A DNA stretch of 64,000 bases, taken from the NCBI GenBank assembly GCA_017991375.1, contig JAGOQP010000006.1:3200-67199 (forward strand). Direction: 5' to 3'. The position numbers and the translations under genes are program-made. Every line of letters begins with the position of its first letter. Positions within the stretch are counted from its first letter, which is position 1. The notes under the pieces were generated by a model. The model saw only the letters and a list, made by a program, of their open reading frames with translations, was not told the DNA's origin and did no database searches. The stretch is from Minisyncoccota bacterium (GTDB lineage Bacteria > Patescibacteriota > Minisyncoccia > UBA6257 > JAGOQP01). Positions 8,632 through 18,139 of this stretch are shown here, piece by piece.

Positions 8632-9681
8632 TTACCGACGCGCAACGTATTCTATCTCTTCTTCGAGCGTAATTGAGAATTTTTTTTGTATCACGCGTCG
8701 CGCATATGCTATTAAACGCGTCACGTCACGAGCAGTCGCCGCGCGAGTACGAATGAGAAAGTTTGGATGTTGTGACGACAACATCACGCCATTCACACGA
8801 GCGCCTTTAAGGCCTGCGGCGTCTAATAATGCCGCCACCGGAATAAGCGGAAAGGGGTCTTTTTTAATACAGTGGGTAAAACGCGCGCGCACTGTCGAAG
8901 ATACAGCGCTCAATGGAACGTTCTTAAATGTACTACCTAGTGTTGGATAACGCATAGGGTGATGCTTAAGACGATACGCGCGGCACGCGCGGGCGTATGT
9001 TATTTCTTGAGCAATCGACGCGTTTGGCGTGAGAGAAAAAAGAACACGCGTAATAACCAACAACCTTTTTTTGTGTTGCTCTTTAAATGCGCTTGCGCGA
9101 TACCCAAAACGACACGAGCGTTTTGATCGCCACGAAGCGACAAAAGAGGTTGGCGAAAAAGAAATTGACTCTACGCGCGAAACACAATTTTCCATTTGCC
9201 CCCCAAACGCTCCCGCGTTTCCTCTTACCGCTCCACCAACACTCCCCGGAAGTCCGCGCGCCCACGCAAGACCGCCGTAACGACGACGCAACGCGTACAA
9301 AACAACACGGCGCATAGAAACGCCGGCTCCTACTAAGAGATGGCCGTCGCCGCAGTCAACGATACCGCCAATACGAACCACCACTATAAGTCCATTAAAA
9401 AAACCATCGGCAAAAAAAGTATTAGTCCCTTCTCCAATAAAATGAACGCGCGATAATAAATGATCCTGCGTGATCCACCAATCCATCACGCGCGCGAGCT
9501 GTTTTGTCGTTTTCACTATAACAAAAAAGCGGGCAACACCGCCCACTCCTAAACGACTGTATGCAGATAAAGAAATATGTGACAAGACGCCAGAAGGAAT
9601 ATTCATAGAAAAGACCGGCACGGTCGTTGCAACAACGAACGTGCCGGACCGTAAATGCCTACGGTAACCGGTAGACTCCAT
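8632..9681 (-). CDS. murB: UDP-N-acetylenolpyruvoylglucosamine reductase MurB
   Basis: FAD-binding and substrate motifs GLAWARGLPGSVGGAVRGNAGAFGG. Confidence 0.85.
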   Translation of the reverse strand: MESTGYRRHLRSGTFVVATTVPVFSMNIPSGVLSHISLSAYSRLGVGGVARFFVIVKTTKQLARVMDWWITQDHLLSRVHFIGEGTNTFFADGFFNGLIVVVRIGGIVDCGDGHLLVGAGVSMRRVVLYALRRRYGGLAWARGLPGSVGGAVRGNAGAFGGQMENCVSRVESISFSPTSFVASWRSKRSCRFGYRASAFKEQHKKRLLVITRVLFSLTPNASIAQEITYARACRAYRLKHHPMRYPTLGSTFKNVPLSAVSSTVRARFTHCIKKDPFPLIPVAALLDAAGLKGARVNGVMLSSQHPNFLIRTRAATARDVTRLIAYARRVIQKKFSITLEEEIEYVARR

Positions 9682-9759
9682 TTTTTTGTGAGTTAAGTGA
9701 GTGCTCGGTCACCGTCTAACCAGTATACCAAAACAAATCATAAGAGCAAGTACAAAAAA

Positions 9760-9787
9760 CCCACCCCCGACGTTAGTCGGGGGTGGG
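9760..9787 (-). terminator. Rho-independent terminator downstream of the gtrA-like gene
   Basis: Perfect 12-bp stem CCCACCCCCGAC-gtta-GTCGGGGGTGGG, followed by a T-run on the minus strand. Confidence 0.6.
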
Positions 9788-9999
9788 AAAATGGCAACAC
9801 TCTTCTATCGATATCATCGTAAGAGAATGTGCACTTAACTCGCTTAGCAGTATACACCCACTCGTTTAAAAAGTCAAGAGTCATTGTCGCGCGCAACAAA
9901 GTATGGAGCACTCCATTCCTGTCGCGGGTAAATGCACAACAATAAACACAACACGTACTCCTTGCCGGATAGCTAAAAACAACCTACGGAAAACCAGTG

Positions 10000-10620
10000 T
10001 TATTTTTTTACGAATACCAGAAACTTATATCCTAAGAAATTCCACATCAAAGACACCACGGTCGCAAGGGCCGCGCCAATATTGGCCCATTGAGCAGGAG
10101 AAACTTGGCCAGGAGCGTTTATAACATTCACTAAAAATGAGGCAACCCCCACGTTTATTCCAAATCCAATAATACTTACCAAGAAGAACTTGCCGATCTC
10201 CTGGGCTGAGGCGGACCCTTTTTGATCAAACGTCCAATATTTATTCCAAAAATAGCTCCCGGTACTCGCGACAATAAACGATAACCCTTTAAATCCGGCA
10301 AACCATATTCCCGCGGCAACGCCACTTACCGCAATAAGCATATTGAGCACTCCCCAATCCAAGAACGTGTTAAACGCTCCTACTGCGACAAATTTTGCGA
10401 GTTGTAACACAATAGGAAATACCCGCGCTACCAAAGAAGCGACCCATAAAGCAACCATCGCCCCAACAGTGAAACAAACAATTGCTCCAACGGCCATACC
10501 CCACGTTAGCGGCAAGAAACTAATGCGAAGATTATATAGAATAGGAATAAGAAAAATACCAAAGAAAAATCCTATAACACCAACTAAAAAAATATCGTGC
10601 TTAGTAATAGTTTGTTGCAT
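10000..10620 (-). CDS. GtrA-family membrane protein (polysaccharide/lipid-sugar flippase-like)
   Basis: Duplicated GtrA-like halves: FVAVGAFNTFLDWGVLNMLI and ...NFLGYKFLVF, with multiple TM helices. Confidence 0.65.
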   Translation of the reverse strand: MQQTITKHDIFLVGVIGFFFGIFLIPILYNLRISFLPLTWGMAVGAIVCFTVGAMVALWVASLVARVFPIVLQLAKFVAVGAFNTFLDWGVLNMLIAVSGVAAGIWFAGFKGLSFIVASTGSYFWNKYWTFDQKGSASAQEIGKFFLVSIIGFGINVGVASFLVNVINAPGQVSPAQWANIGAALATVVSLMWNFLGYKFLVFVKK

Positions 10621-10690
10621 ATAGATACAGCATACATCTTAACCAGAAATAAGTCACGCGCTTACATAGTTAGTGCTCCCACTAGACAAT

Positions 10691-10720
10691 AAAACATCTC
10701 CCGCGTGAGGAGATGTTTTA
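10691..10720 (-). terminator. Bidirectional hairpin terminator
   Basis: AAAACATCTCC-cgcgtga-GGAGATGTTTT is a perfect 11-bp stem with A/T-rich arms. Confidence 0.5.
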
Positions 10721-10747
10721 TTGCTTTAAGTACTTTTTTTGCGCCAG

Positions 10748-10963
10748 CTACTCCACTTTTAAGTTAAATGGAATAGTGACATCTTGAGAAGTTGAGGTGC
10801 TCGCGTACGATGGCGCGGGAGTTGGAGTTGGAGTGGCTTGGCGATCAGTCGCGTTCGGTAATATAAACATAAGATCCGAAAGCCCAATGATCGTTATAAG
10901 ACCAACAATACCAACCAACGCTGCGAGTACCGATTTTTTCTTACCTGATCTCATACATAACAT
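10748..10963 (-). CDS. Possible small single-TM membrane protein
   Basis: MRSGKKKSVLAALVGIVGLITIIGLS hydrophobic helix followed by a Thr/Pro/Ser-rich tail. It overlaps the end of the SIMPL gene by 23 nt. Confidence 0.3.
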   Translation of the reverse strand: MLCMRSGKKKSVLAALVGIVGLITIIGLSDLMFILPNATDRQATPTPTPAPSYASTSTSQDVTIPFNLKVE

Positions 10964-11720
10964 TTACGTTTACACTCACCTCTTGACTTCCCGGCTCAAT
11001 AGACGGCGCGGCCTTCATTACAGCGCCACCACCATATCCACCGCGTCCATCGAATGAACTATAGATCGGATAATTTTCTTGTGAATAATCGGAAACATTC
11101 ATAACGCGCCCGAGCGACAAACCGTTTTGCTCTGCGATACGTTCCGCTTTTTCACGCGCTTTTGCAAACGCTCCTTCGCGTGCTTGCGTAAGATATGTTT
11201 CGGGATCATCTATGCTAAACGAAATAGTTCCTATTTGGTTAATACCCAATGTTGGCAATTTATCCAACAAAGAAGATGTTTTAGTAAAGTCACGAATTTT
11301 TACCGTCACTGTTTGCGTGAGCGAATAACGGGCAATTCTAGGAACAAACTCCCCATATCCGAGTTGCTGTGGTTGGGTATATATGGGAGAGAGTTGGTAT
11401 CCGGTGGTTTTTATATCTTTTTCTTCAACGCCTTGTTCTTTTACAAACAAAATGGCGGCGTTCATCTTTTTATTATTATCCTCTATAACAGAGGTAACAG
11501 ATGCGCCCTCGGTAACTACTGAAAACGAAAGGGTTGCAATATCCGGTTTTGCGGTAACCTTGTCCGATGCCGAGACAGACAGAGTGCGAGCCGCCATAAG
11601 CGACGATGAATACCGCGCCCACGGTCCCCAAAACATAGCATACACCGCCAACACGACCGCGATAACCACACCGGCTGAGATAACCCGATATAACGAATCT
11701 TTTGCTAATTGCTGATCCAT
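10941..11720 (-). CDS. SIMPL/DUF541-domain protein (YggE-like periplasmic protein)
   Basis: An N-terminal TM segment is followed by TAKPDIATLSFSV...IKTTGYQL...TVTVKIRD, the DUF541 signature. Confidence 0.75.
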   Translation of the reverse strand: MDQQLAKDSLYRVISAGVVIAVVLAVYAMFWGPWARYSSSLMAARTLSVSASDKVTAKPDIATLSFSVVTEGASVTSVIEDNNKKMNAAILFVKEQGVEEKDIKTTGYQLSPIYTQPQQLGYGEFVPRIARYSLTQTVTVKIRDFTKTSSLLDKLPTLGINQIGTISFSIDDPETYLTQAREGAFAKAREKAERIAEQNGLSLGRVMNVSDYSQENYPIYSSFDGRGGYGGGAVMKAAPSIEPGSQEVSVNVNVMYEIR

Positions 11721-11770
11721 AAATAATTACATTGTTAATTAATAATACTATGACACATTGTACAATGACG

Positions 11771-12502
11771 TTAGGTACGACGATTTGTGGCGCGAATGAT
11801 TTTTTCGATCTGAGCAGGTACGAGCCCCACAGAGCCAATTAAAAACCCATCAAATACTGACCGCGCGCAGAGCGACTCAATAGTTTTTCCACTAACACTC
11901 CCTCCATAGAGCACCTTCACCATATTAGTTTTTGACTGACGATGCATATATCTTTTTATCTCTGTCGCTATCGCCGCCGCGTGATCTGGGTCAACTGTCT
12001 TATGACCACCAATCGCCCACACTGGTTCGTACGCAATAATAAGAGGGCCCAGGAAAGATTTTTTTAAAGAGCCCAATTGCTTTTTGACGAATAACCACGC
12101 GCGATGAGTGCTTGTGCGAGCCCATTCCCCAACACACACGATTGGCGTTATGTTATATTCTGCCGCCAATGCGCATTTTTTTGCAACGAGCGCATCGGTT
12201 TCGCGTAACTCTCTTCTACGCTCCGAGTGCCCGACTATAACGTACCGCACGCCATGACGCGCGAGCAATGCTGAAGGAACTTGCCCTGTGTGAGAACCAA
12301 CAGAAACGACTGCTACGTCTTGTGATGCCAACATAACCGACGGAGCCACCAACGCGCCAACGCTCTCTATGTCTACAAACGACGGAGCTACTATTATGCG
12401 CGCTTTGGGAAACAGTTTGGCGCCACGATTTACGCTCGCGATTAATTGTAAAACGGTTTTCTTTTTGAGCGGATGTGCTTTCCAGTTAAATACAACAAGC
12501 AT
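11771..12502 (-). CDS. tpiA: Triosephosphate isomerase
   Basis: Motifs NWKAH, VGHSERR, AYEPVWAIGGHK and YGGSV. Confidence 0.9.
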   Translation of the reverse strand: MLVVFNWKAHPLKKKTVLQLIASVNRGAKLFPKARIIVAPSFVDIESVGALVAPSVMLASQDVAVVSVGSHTGQVPSALLARHGVRYVIVGHSERRRELRETDALVAKKCALAAEYNITPIVCVGEWARTSTHRAWLFVKKQLGSLKKSFLGPLIIAYEPVWAIGGHKTVDPDHAAAIATEIKRYMHRQSKTNMVKVLYGGSVSGKTIESLCARSVFDGFLIGSVGLVPAQIEKIIRATNRRT

Positions 12503-12509
12503 ACAGTTA

Positions 12510-13154
12510 TTATACCATAGGAGTTTTATCTTTTCGTGAACGCCACAACGAAGACCCGTGCGCCCACAACCAATAGAGTCCGCCTACACATAATATGCCC
12601 GCAACAGCATAACTGAATATGTGAAGATAGGGAGTAATATCATGCCAATGTTCGCCAAGCCAGAACCCCGCGAGCGTCAGGAGCGCAGACCAAATTAATG
12701 ATCCCACAAAGGTAAAAAAACTAAATCGCCCTAGCCGAGCACGCGCCAGCCCCGCAGGAAGAGAAATAAATGTACGCACCACAGGAAGCAAACGAGAGAA
12801 AAACGCGGCGCCATCTCCCCAGCGATCAAACCACTGTTGAGCCCGCTCCAACGCGGCATCGGGAATAAGTACACGAAGAAAACGACTCTTTAATCGAAAC
12901 AATATGATCCATTGAGCACACCAATATGAAATTAAAGACCCAACCAGATTTCCCAACGCGCCAATAGTTATCACCCACCACAACGAAAGTTTGCCCTGCG
13001 AAGCCAAAAATCCCGCAAATGGCATCGTAACCTCCGATGGAATAGGAATGTTGGCACTTTCAAGAACCATAAGAAAAAACACACCCCAGTACCCAAGGGC
13101 ATCAATAGCGGAAATAGTCCATTGCGAAAGAGTCGCTAATAATTGAGTGACCAT
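12510..13154 (-). CDS. DedA/SNARE-associated family membrane protein
   Basis: GYWGVFFLMVLESANIPIPSE... is the DedA motif; multiple TM helices. Confidence 0.8.
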   Translation of the reverse strand: MVTQLLATLSQWTISAIDALGYWGVFFLMVLESANIPIPSEVTMPFAGFLASQGKLSLWWVITIGALGNLVGSLISYWCAQWIILFRLKSRFLRVLIPDAALERAQQWFDRWGDGAAFFSRLLPVVRTFISLPAGLARARLGRFSFFTFVGSLIWSALLTLAGFWLGEHWHDITPYLHIFSYAVAGILCVGGLYWLWAHGSSLWRSRKDKTPMV

Positions 13155-13176
13155 GAAAAGAAATGAAATAAGGAAG

Positions 13177-14190
13177 CTAATTTTCTCTCATATCCCGAGC
13201 CGCTTCTTCTGGAAAAATGGGATTTATTTCTATACCTGTTCCCAGTTCAAATCCGGCAGAGATATTAAGTTTTGGAACAACATCGATATGCCAATGATAG
13301 TGCGTATGTGATTTTTTGTCGCGCATAGGAGCGGTATGAATGAAAAAGTTGAGATCTGAATGTGCGCACGCGCGCGGAATTTGTTTCATAACCCATGAGA
13401 GCAGATGAGATACCGCGCTCATAGTTTTATCGTCGGTGTCTTCAAAAAACGCGTTATGCTTTTTTGGCAAAATAGTTACCTGATATGGTTCTTTTGACGC
13501 AAAGGGCGCCAGCGCGATTGCGTGAGCATTTTCGCGAATAACGCGTACTTTTTCTTTTTTTTCGGCGCGTATAACGTCACAATGCACACATCGCGTGTGT
13601 GTCTGATAGTACTTTTTAGAAACAGAGAGAGCGTGCGTAATCGTATAGGGCACCAGGGGAAGAGCAATGAGTTGATAGTGTGGGTGATACAGCGACGCGC
13701 CGGCCAATGGCCCCCAATTATGAAATAGCGACGCGTACGCGCATTGAGGATCTTTGGCATACATCCGATACCGAAGCGCGTAGGCACGAAGCACATCAGT
13801 TGCCGCGCTAGCAGAAAGAAGATAAAAAGGTTTATCGTGAGATCGAGTAATAATAAGATCGTGATACCCGATTCCATCAGTACTATGATAGAGCTCTTTT
13901 TTTATCGCACGTGAAGTGGCGATGTTGTCGCGAGAAAGCGCGGGGAATTTGTTTGGCAGTACTTGCAATGTCCACGATGACGCTCTTCCATTTGGAGAAA
14001 AGAAAAAATACGGCTCCTCGTTGCCCGACGCTTGTGGATTTTCAAACGGGCAAGAAGACAGCGAACTCTTTTTTTGAGAGACACCATCTTTCTTTGGTTT
14101 AAAATCACTGGGTTTTTTTCGCGCGTCTCGCTTTGGGGCAAATAGTACCCACTCTCCAGTTGTTATGTGATAGCGAAATTCTGATAACAT
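13177..14190 (-). CDS. galT: Galactose-1-phosphate uridylyltransferase (type 1 GalT, HIT family)
   Basis: FRYHITTGEWVLFAPKRDARKKP aligns with the E. coli GalT N-terminus. HPHYQ active-site motif. 337 aa. Confidence 0.75.
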   Translation of the reverse strand: MLSEFRYHITTGEWVLFAPKRDARKKPSDFKPKKDGVSQKKSSLSSCPFENPQASGNEEPYFFFSPNGRASSWTLQVLPNKFPALSRDNIATSRAIKKELYHSTDGIGYHDLIITRSHDKPFYLLSASAATDVLRAYALRYRMYAKDPQCAYASLFHNWGPLAGASLYHPHYQLIALPLVPYTITHALSVSKKYYQTHTRCVHCDVIRAEKKEKVRVIRENAHAIALAPFASKEPYQVTILPKKHNAFFEDTDDKTMSAVSHLLSWVMKQIPRACAHSDLNFFIHTAPMRDKKSHTHYHWHIDVVPKLNISAGFELGTGIEINPIFPEEAARDMREN

Positions 14191-14351
14191 AATAACCCTA
14201 TTATACCGTATTTATGGCACGAGAAACAACGAAATAAAATATCTAATAAAAGCTATCAACAAAGCCATATTTATTCCTCCTATATAAACAAAAAAGATCA
14301 ATTATAAAAGTTATATCAATATTGGTTGTATAAAAAACAGGCCCCCGGGCA

Positions 14352-14374
14352 TCTTTGGAAAGATTGCCCAAGAG
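14352..14374 (-). terminator. Hairpin terminator downstream of hypothetical gene A
   Basis: GGGCATCTTT-ggaa-AAGATTGCCC, followed by a T-run on the minus strand. Confidence 0.4.
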
Positions 14375-14382
14375 CCAAATGT

Positions 14383-15009
14383 TCAAAGGGAATCGCAAGA
14401 AAAAACCTGACCGCCCCCGATCCAGTCATTCGGGTCGTCAAGCGAATTTGAGCTGACGTACCAAACGCCATAGCCGGCGTTCCAGTTGACGCCAACTGCC
14501 CAAAGCATGCCCTCGGCGCCTCGAACGTAGAAAATGTTGGGAACGCCGTTAGTTAGAAGCAACCCACTCTGACCTTGACCTTGGAGCTTCAACAACTCCC
14601 AGATCTTGGAAAGTGTGGTCTCCACCTTGGCCTCATCTCCGCCCAACTCGGCTATGATGGGGATGTCGCGGGTGGTATGGCGAAGACGGTAATAAGAGAG
14701 CTTTTGCTCTCCAGATGCTTCCTCCACCTTGGTGAGAAAACGCTCTATGAAATTTCTCCCCAGCCAACCAATCTTGACCGGGGCGCCATTGCTCGTATCC
14801 ACCCTAAAGTGATGGGCGGCGACAAATCTACTTGTTGCCGGCACCGTGACGGCGGACACGAAGTCCAAAAGCTTTTTGGCTGCAGTTTTGTCGGCTTCGG
14901 TAACCGTCACAATCAGATCGCCGGACAGGATACGCTCGACGACCGCCTCGCCGCCGAGCTTGTTGAAGATTGCTTCCACGTGACCTAATGTGAACCTTCC
15001 GTATTTCAT
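14383..15009 (-). CDS. Hypothetical protein, family A (paralog of 20569-21072); member of the conserved-promoter gene set
   Basis: 208 aa with strong RBS GGGAGAAGGAA. About 45% identical to the 20569-21072 product across IGW.G..F.E.FL.KVEE.S....LS...L......PI..ELGG......TL.KI...L..QG.GQ.G.LLTNG..NIFYVR. Confidence 0.7.
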   Translation of the reverse strand: MKYGRFTLGHVEAIFNKLGGEAVVERILSGDLIVTVTEADKTAAKKLLDFVSAVTVPATSRFVAAHHFRVDTSNGAPVKIGWLGRNFIERFLTKVEEASGEQKLSYYRLRHTTRDIPIIAELGGDEAKVETTLSKIWELLKLQGQGQSGLLLTNGVPNIFYVRGAEGMLWAVGVNWNAGYGVWYVSSNSLDDPNDWIGGGQVFSCDSL

Positions 15010-15083
15010 TTCCTTCTCCCTTCCCCGGCTTTTTGCCAGGAAACTTCCCTCTACCCGAGGTTATAGGGTCGCGTTACGCGAGG

Positions 15084-15140
15084 TTTTTAGTGTGCATTAC
15101 GTCTAATTTTTATACCACATATTATGCTATTTGGTCAAGC
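15084..15140 (-). promoter_or_regulatory. Conserved near-consensus promoter plus leader, copy 1 (drives gene A)
   Basis: On the minus strand: TTGACC (15133-15138), the 18-nt spacer aaatagcataatatgtgg, TATAAA (15109-15114), then the leader attagacgtaatgcacactaaaa. A 40-nt block is identical to the copy at 23926-23982. Confidence 0.65.
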
Positions 15141-16989
15141 GATGAGTATAGTACCATTGCAATATTTTCTCCGCGACTGGAACCGCGTTTAAACTCCCCT
15201 CTTTTGCGTCTTCAATAAGCACGAGCAAAGCTATATCCGGCTTGGCAAGATCAATTCCGCAGTACGCGACCACAAAAGCATTTACCTTTTGATTATTTTG
15301 AATTTGAGCGCTTCCCGTTTTTCCGGCGCAGGGCAATGGAATACTTGAGAGCATATGCGCCGTGCCGTATTCCTTGGTTACCGCATCAATCATTCCCTGC
15401 TGAACTTCTTTGATAAGATTTTTTTCTTGTATCTCAAGTTCCTGACTACTCATTGCTGTTTCATGAACAACCGCTCCTGTCGCATCGGTAATACGCGCGA
15501 CAACAAACGGACGCACCATATGTCCCCCGTTGGCAATACTTGCGATATAGCGCAAAAGAGCCAGTGGTGTAATAATTAAATCTCCCTGACCGATTGATAC
15601 GTTGTATGTGTCTCCGATGCGCCATACTTGCCCCGTTCGCTTTTCTTTTATATCTGGATCAGGAAGCGATCCATTATTTTCTGAGGGTAAATCAATTCCT
15701 GTTTTTTCATCAAGCTTGAATACACGCCAATATTTTTTAAGCCGATCGATACCAAGACCCACTACCTTTTCAAATCCTCCCCCTACATAGTAAAAGTATA
15801 CATTGCTTGATCGCGCCAGAGCAGAATACATATTCACCCACCCGTGTGCTTTCCAATCAACAAACCGAGACGGTTTGCTTGGATCGTACGGGTTGGGAAT
15901 TTCAATAAAACCAGTTGAGAGAACAGAAAAAAGTGGGTCAACAATATGCTCCTCAAGAGCCGCCAGGGCCACGAGTGGCTTGATAGTAGAGCCAGGACTA
16001 TATACACCAGAAACAACTCGGTTAAAAAGAGGCTTGCTCGGATCGGTAAAAAGTTTGCTGGTCAGGTTATTATTATCAAAAGTAGGAATACTTACCAACG
16101 CAAGCACTTCTCCCGTTTGTGGATTGAGCGCGAGCCCCACCCCCGCCGTTCGCCCAAGAGAAGAGAGTTGTTTTGAAAGCGCGTCCGAGAGCGCCCTCTG
16201 AAGCCCCGCGTCGATGGTGGTGTAGAGCGCGTCGCCCGCGATTGATTGAGAAACTGTTTTGGTATCAAGCTCATTTCCTTTGGCGTCTTTATAGGTAACC
16301 GCCTGCCCATTTACTCCTCTTAAAAACGAATCGTATTGAAACTCAAGACCACTTTTCCCGATTTCATCGTTAAGCCCAAGCGTAGCATCACGCTCAAGAT
16401 CACGCGGAGCAACTAGACCCGTATAACCGACAACGTGTGAAAAAACATACCCATCAACATAGTTGCGCGAATAAGTACTTTGAATGACCAGGGAAGGAAT
16501 AGAAAGTTTTTTTATCTCTATAAGTTGATCGACGGTAAGCGAGCGCGCAAGCGGAAGATACGCCTGACGTTCTAAGTCCATGGTAAGTAATTGATTTTTT
16601 AACGCCGCCACGTCTAGTGGTAAAATAGCACCTATTTGATTAAGCACCTCATCAATGGTTTCTCTTTTTTTAAGTAACTGGGACGCGTTTAAGCTTGCCG
16701 AAAATCCTGGTTCGTTTTTTACCAATGGTTCTCCGAACCGATCATAAATCACGCCACGAGGCGCGCTTAAAATGGTCTGCTGACCGGCGTTGGTTAGCGC
16801 GCGCGACGCATAAGTACTATGCGATAAAAATAAATACCCCACGCGCATCACTACTATGCCCGCGACACACACCACGATAAAAGCGCACAGCGCAAAAACA
16901 CGAGGGGAAATCGGGCGGTCAATAGGAGTAAGTCCGTCGGACACACCGTCAAAGATTGCGTCTTCTAAACCGATTCGTTTCTTGTCCAT
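15127..16989 (-). CDS. mrdA: Peptidoglycan D,D-transpeptidase PBP2 (MrdA)
   Basis: SxxK (GSTIKP), SSN (ARSSNVYF) and KTG (AGKTGSA) motifs. N-terminal TM anchor. Start trimmed to MDKKRIG. Part of the mreBCD cluster. Confidence 0.85.
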   Translation of the reverse strand: MDKKRIGLEDAIFDGVSDGLTPIDRPISPRVFALCAFIVVCVAGIVVMRVGYLFLSHSTYASRALTNAGQQTILSAPRGVIYDRFGEPLVKNEPGFSASLNASQLLKKRETIDEVLNQIGAILPLDVAALKNQLLTMDLERQAYLPLARSLTVDQLIEIKKLSIPSLVIQSTYSRNYVDGYVFSHVVGYTGLVAPRDLERDATLGLNDEIGKSGLEFQYDSFLRGVNGQAVTYKDAKGNELDTKTVSQSIAGDALYTTIDAGLQRALSDALSKQLSSLGRTAGVGLALNPQTGEVLALVSIPTFDNNNLTSKLFTDPSKPLFNRVVSGVYSPGSTIKPLVALAALEEHIVDPLFSVLSTGFIEIPNPYDPSKPSRFVDWKAHGWVNMYSALARSSNVYFYYVGGGFEKVVGLGIDRLKKYWRVFKLDEKTGIDLPSENNGSLPDPDIKEKRTGQVWRIGDTYNVSIGQGDLIITPLALLRYIASIANGGHMVRPFVVARITDATGAVVHETAMSSQELEIQEKNLIKEVQQGMIDAVTKEYGTAHMLSSIPLPCAGKTGSAQIQNNQKVNAFVVAYCGIDLAKPDIALLVLIEDAKEGSLNAVPVAEKILQWYYTHRLTK

Positions 16990-17432
16990 AGTGTAGTAAG
17001 AAAAAGAAGAGCTCCCGCGACGACCGTATAGAGAACCTCCAAAAGAAATGGCAACGAAAACACGGAATCCCAAAATCCCAACGACACCCACCACAACGCG
17101 CATAAAGCGCCGATCACAAGCGCGCATATACTAAAGGTGCGTCTAAAAATAATAAACCGCATTAAGAGAAAAACCACCACCGCCATGAGTACGAGTACGA
17201 TATACTCTATCTGAAAAAAAGAAACATACTTCTCCCACCATACGGCGACAAGCGCAAAAAATGAAAAAAGAAACGCGTCTGAAACAACAAAAGCGAGAAC
17301 CACAATGAACGCGATGAATGACTGCGGACGAACAAGTGGAGTGGCACTTTCTATATATGTGAGCGCAATAAACACCCCAAGGAGAATGAGAGCTTTCACA
17401 AACGTATTAAAAACAACGTGCCGATCGTGCAT
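16965..17432 (-). CDS. mreD: Rod shape-determining protein MreD-like membrane protein
   Basis: 155 aa, polytopic membrane protein, located between mreC and mrdA. Confidence 0.55.
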   Translation of the reverse strand: MHDRHVVFNTFVKALILLGVFIALTYIESATPLVRPQSFIAFIVVLAFVVSDAFLFSFFALVAVWWEKYVSFFQIEYIVLVLMAVVVFLLMRFIIFRRTFSICALVIGALCALWWVSLGFWDSVFSLPFLLEVLYTVVAGALLFLTTLWTRNESV

Positions 17433-18121
17433 TATTTTGATGAAATAATAAAAACGGTGGTTAGGTCTTTGAGCACATATGGAACATCAACCGTTGCCTC
17501 AAAAAAAGCACCCGCCGCGTCTTCACTGACCGCCCCCACCGACCCCACCACTAACCCATAGGGAAGATCTTTTGACGCGGACACAATGCGATCTCCCGCG
17601 CCAATGTGTTTTGTTTTATCAATAAGCCCCACACGTGGAGAAACGCCTCCATACAGCAATCCATTTACCTCATCTTTTCCAATCTTTACCGGAAGTGAAA
17701 AAGTTGGGTCATAGAGTGTTACCACTTCGCTCTGATCGGAACGAGTGCGCGCGACCACGCCTACCAATGTCGTTTTGGAAATAACCACCGCCTGACCAAC
17801 ACGAACATGATGATCGTCTCCCACAGTAATATACACACGACTTTTAACATTGAACGGGTACAACGCAAAAACTTTTGCAGGGAGATAGGCGCCTCCCGCG
17901 GGAAGCGCGATGCCTTGTTCCAACACGTTGATGATGTTTTGTAAATCAAACACTGTTTGCTTTAACGTAAGATTTTCTTGCTCAAGAGATGGCGCGCGCA
18001 CTAGTGCTTTAAAAAAATGCCCAATACCAAAATCCGAATGAGGGATAAAAAAACCAGTCCCAAAAATGAGCGCCAGCACCGCGATCGAGGCAATAAGCCA
18101 AGTACGTTTTTTCATACGCAA
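17432..18121 (-). CDS. mreC: Rod shape-determining protein MreC
   Basis: N-terminal TM, a coiled-coil segment (LTLKQTVFDLQNIINVLEQ), then a beta-rich domain. Sits immediately downstream of mreB. Confidence 0.8.
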   Translation of the reverse strand: MRMKKRTWLIASIAVLALIFGTGFFIPHSDFGIGHFFKALVRAPSLEQENLTLKQTVFDLQNIINVLEQGIALPAGGAYLPAKVFALYPFNVKSRVYITVGDDHHVRVGQAVVISKTTLVGVVARTRSDQSEVVTLYDPTFSLPVKIGKDEVNGLLYGGVSPRVGLIDKTKHIGAGDRIVSASKDLPYGLVVGSVGAVSEDAAGAFFEATVDVPYVLKDLTTVFIISSK

Positions 18122-18139
18122 AAAATGGGGAACGAGCGC

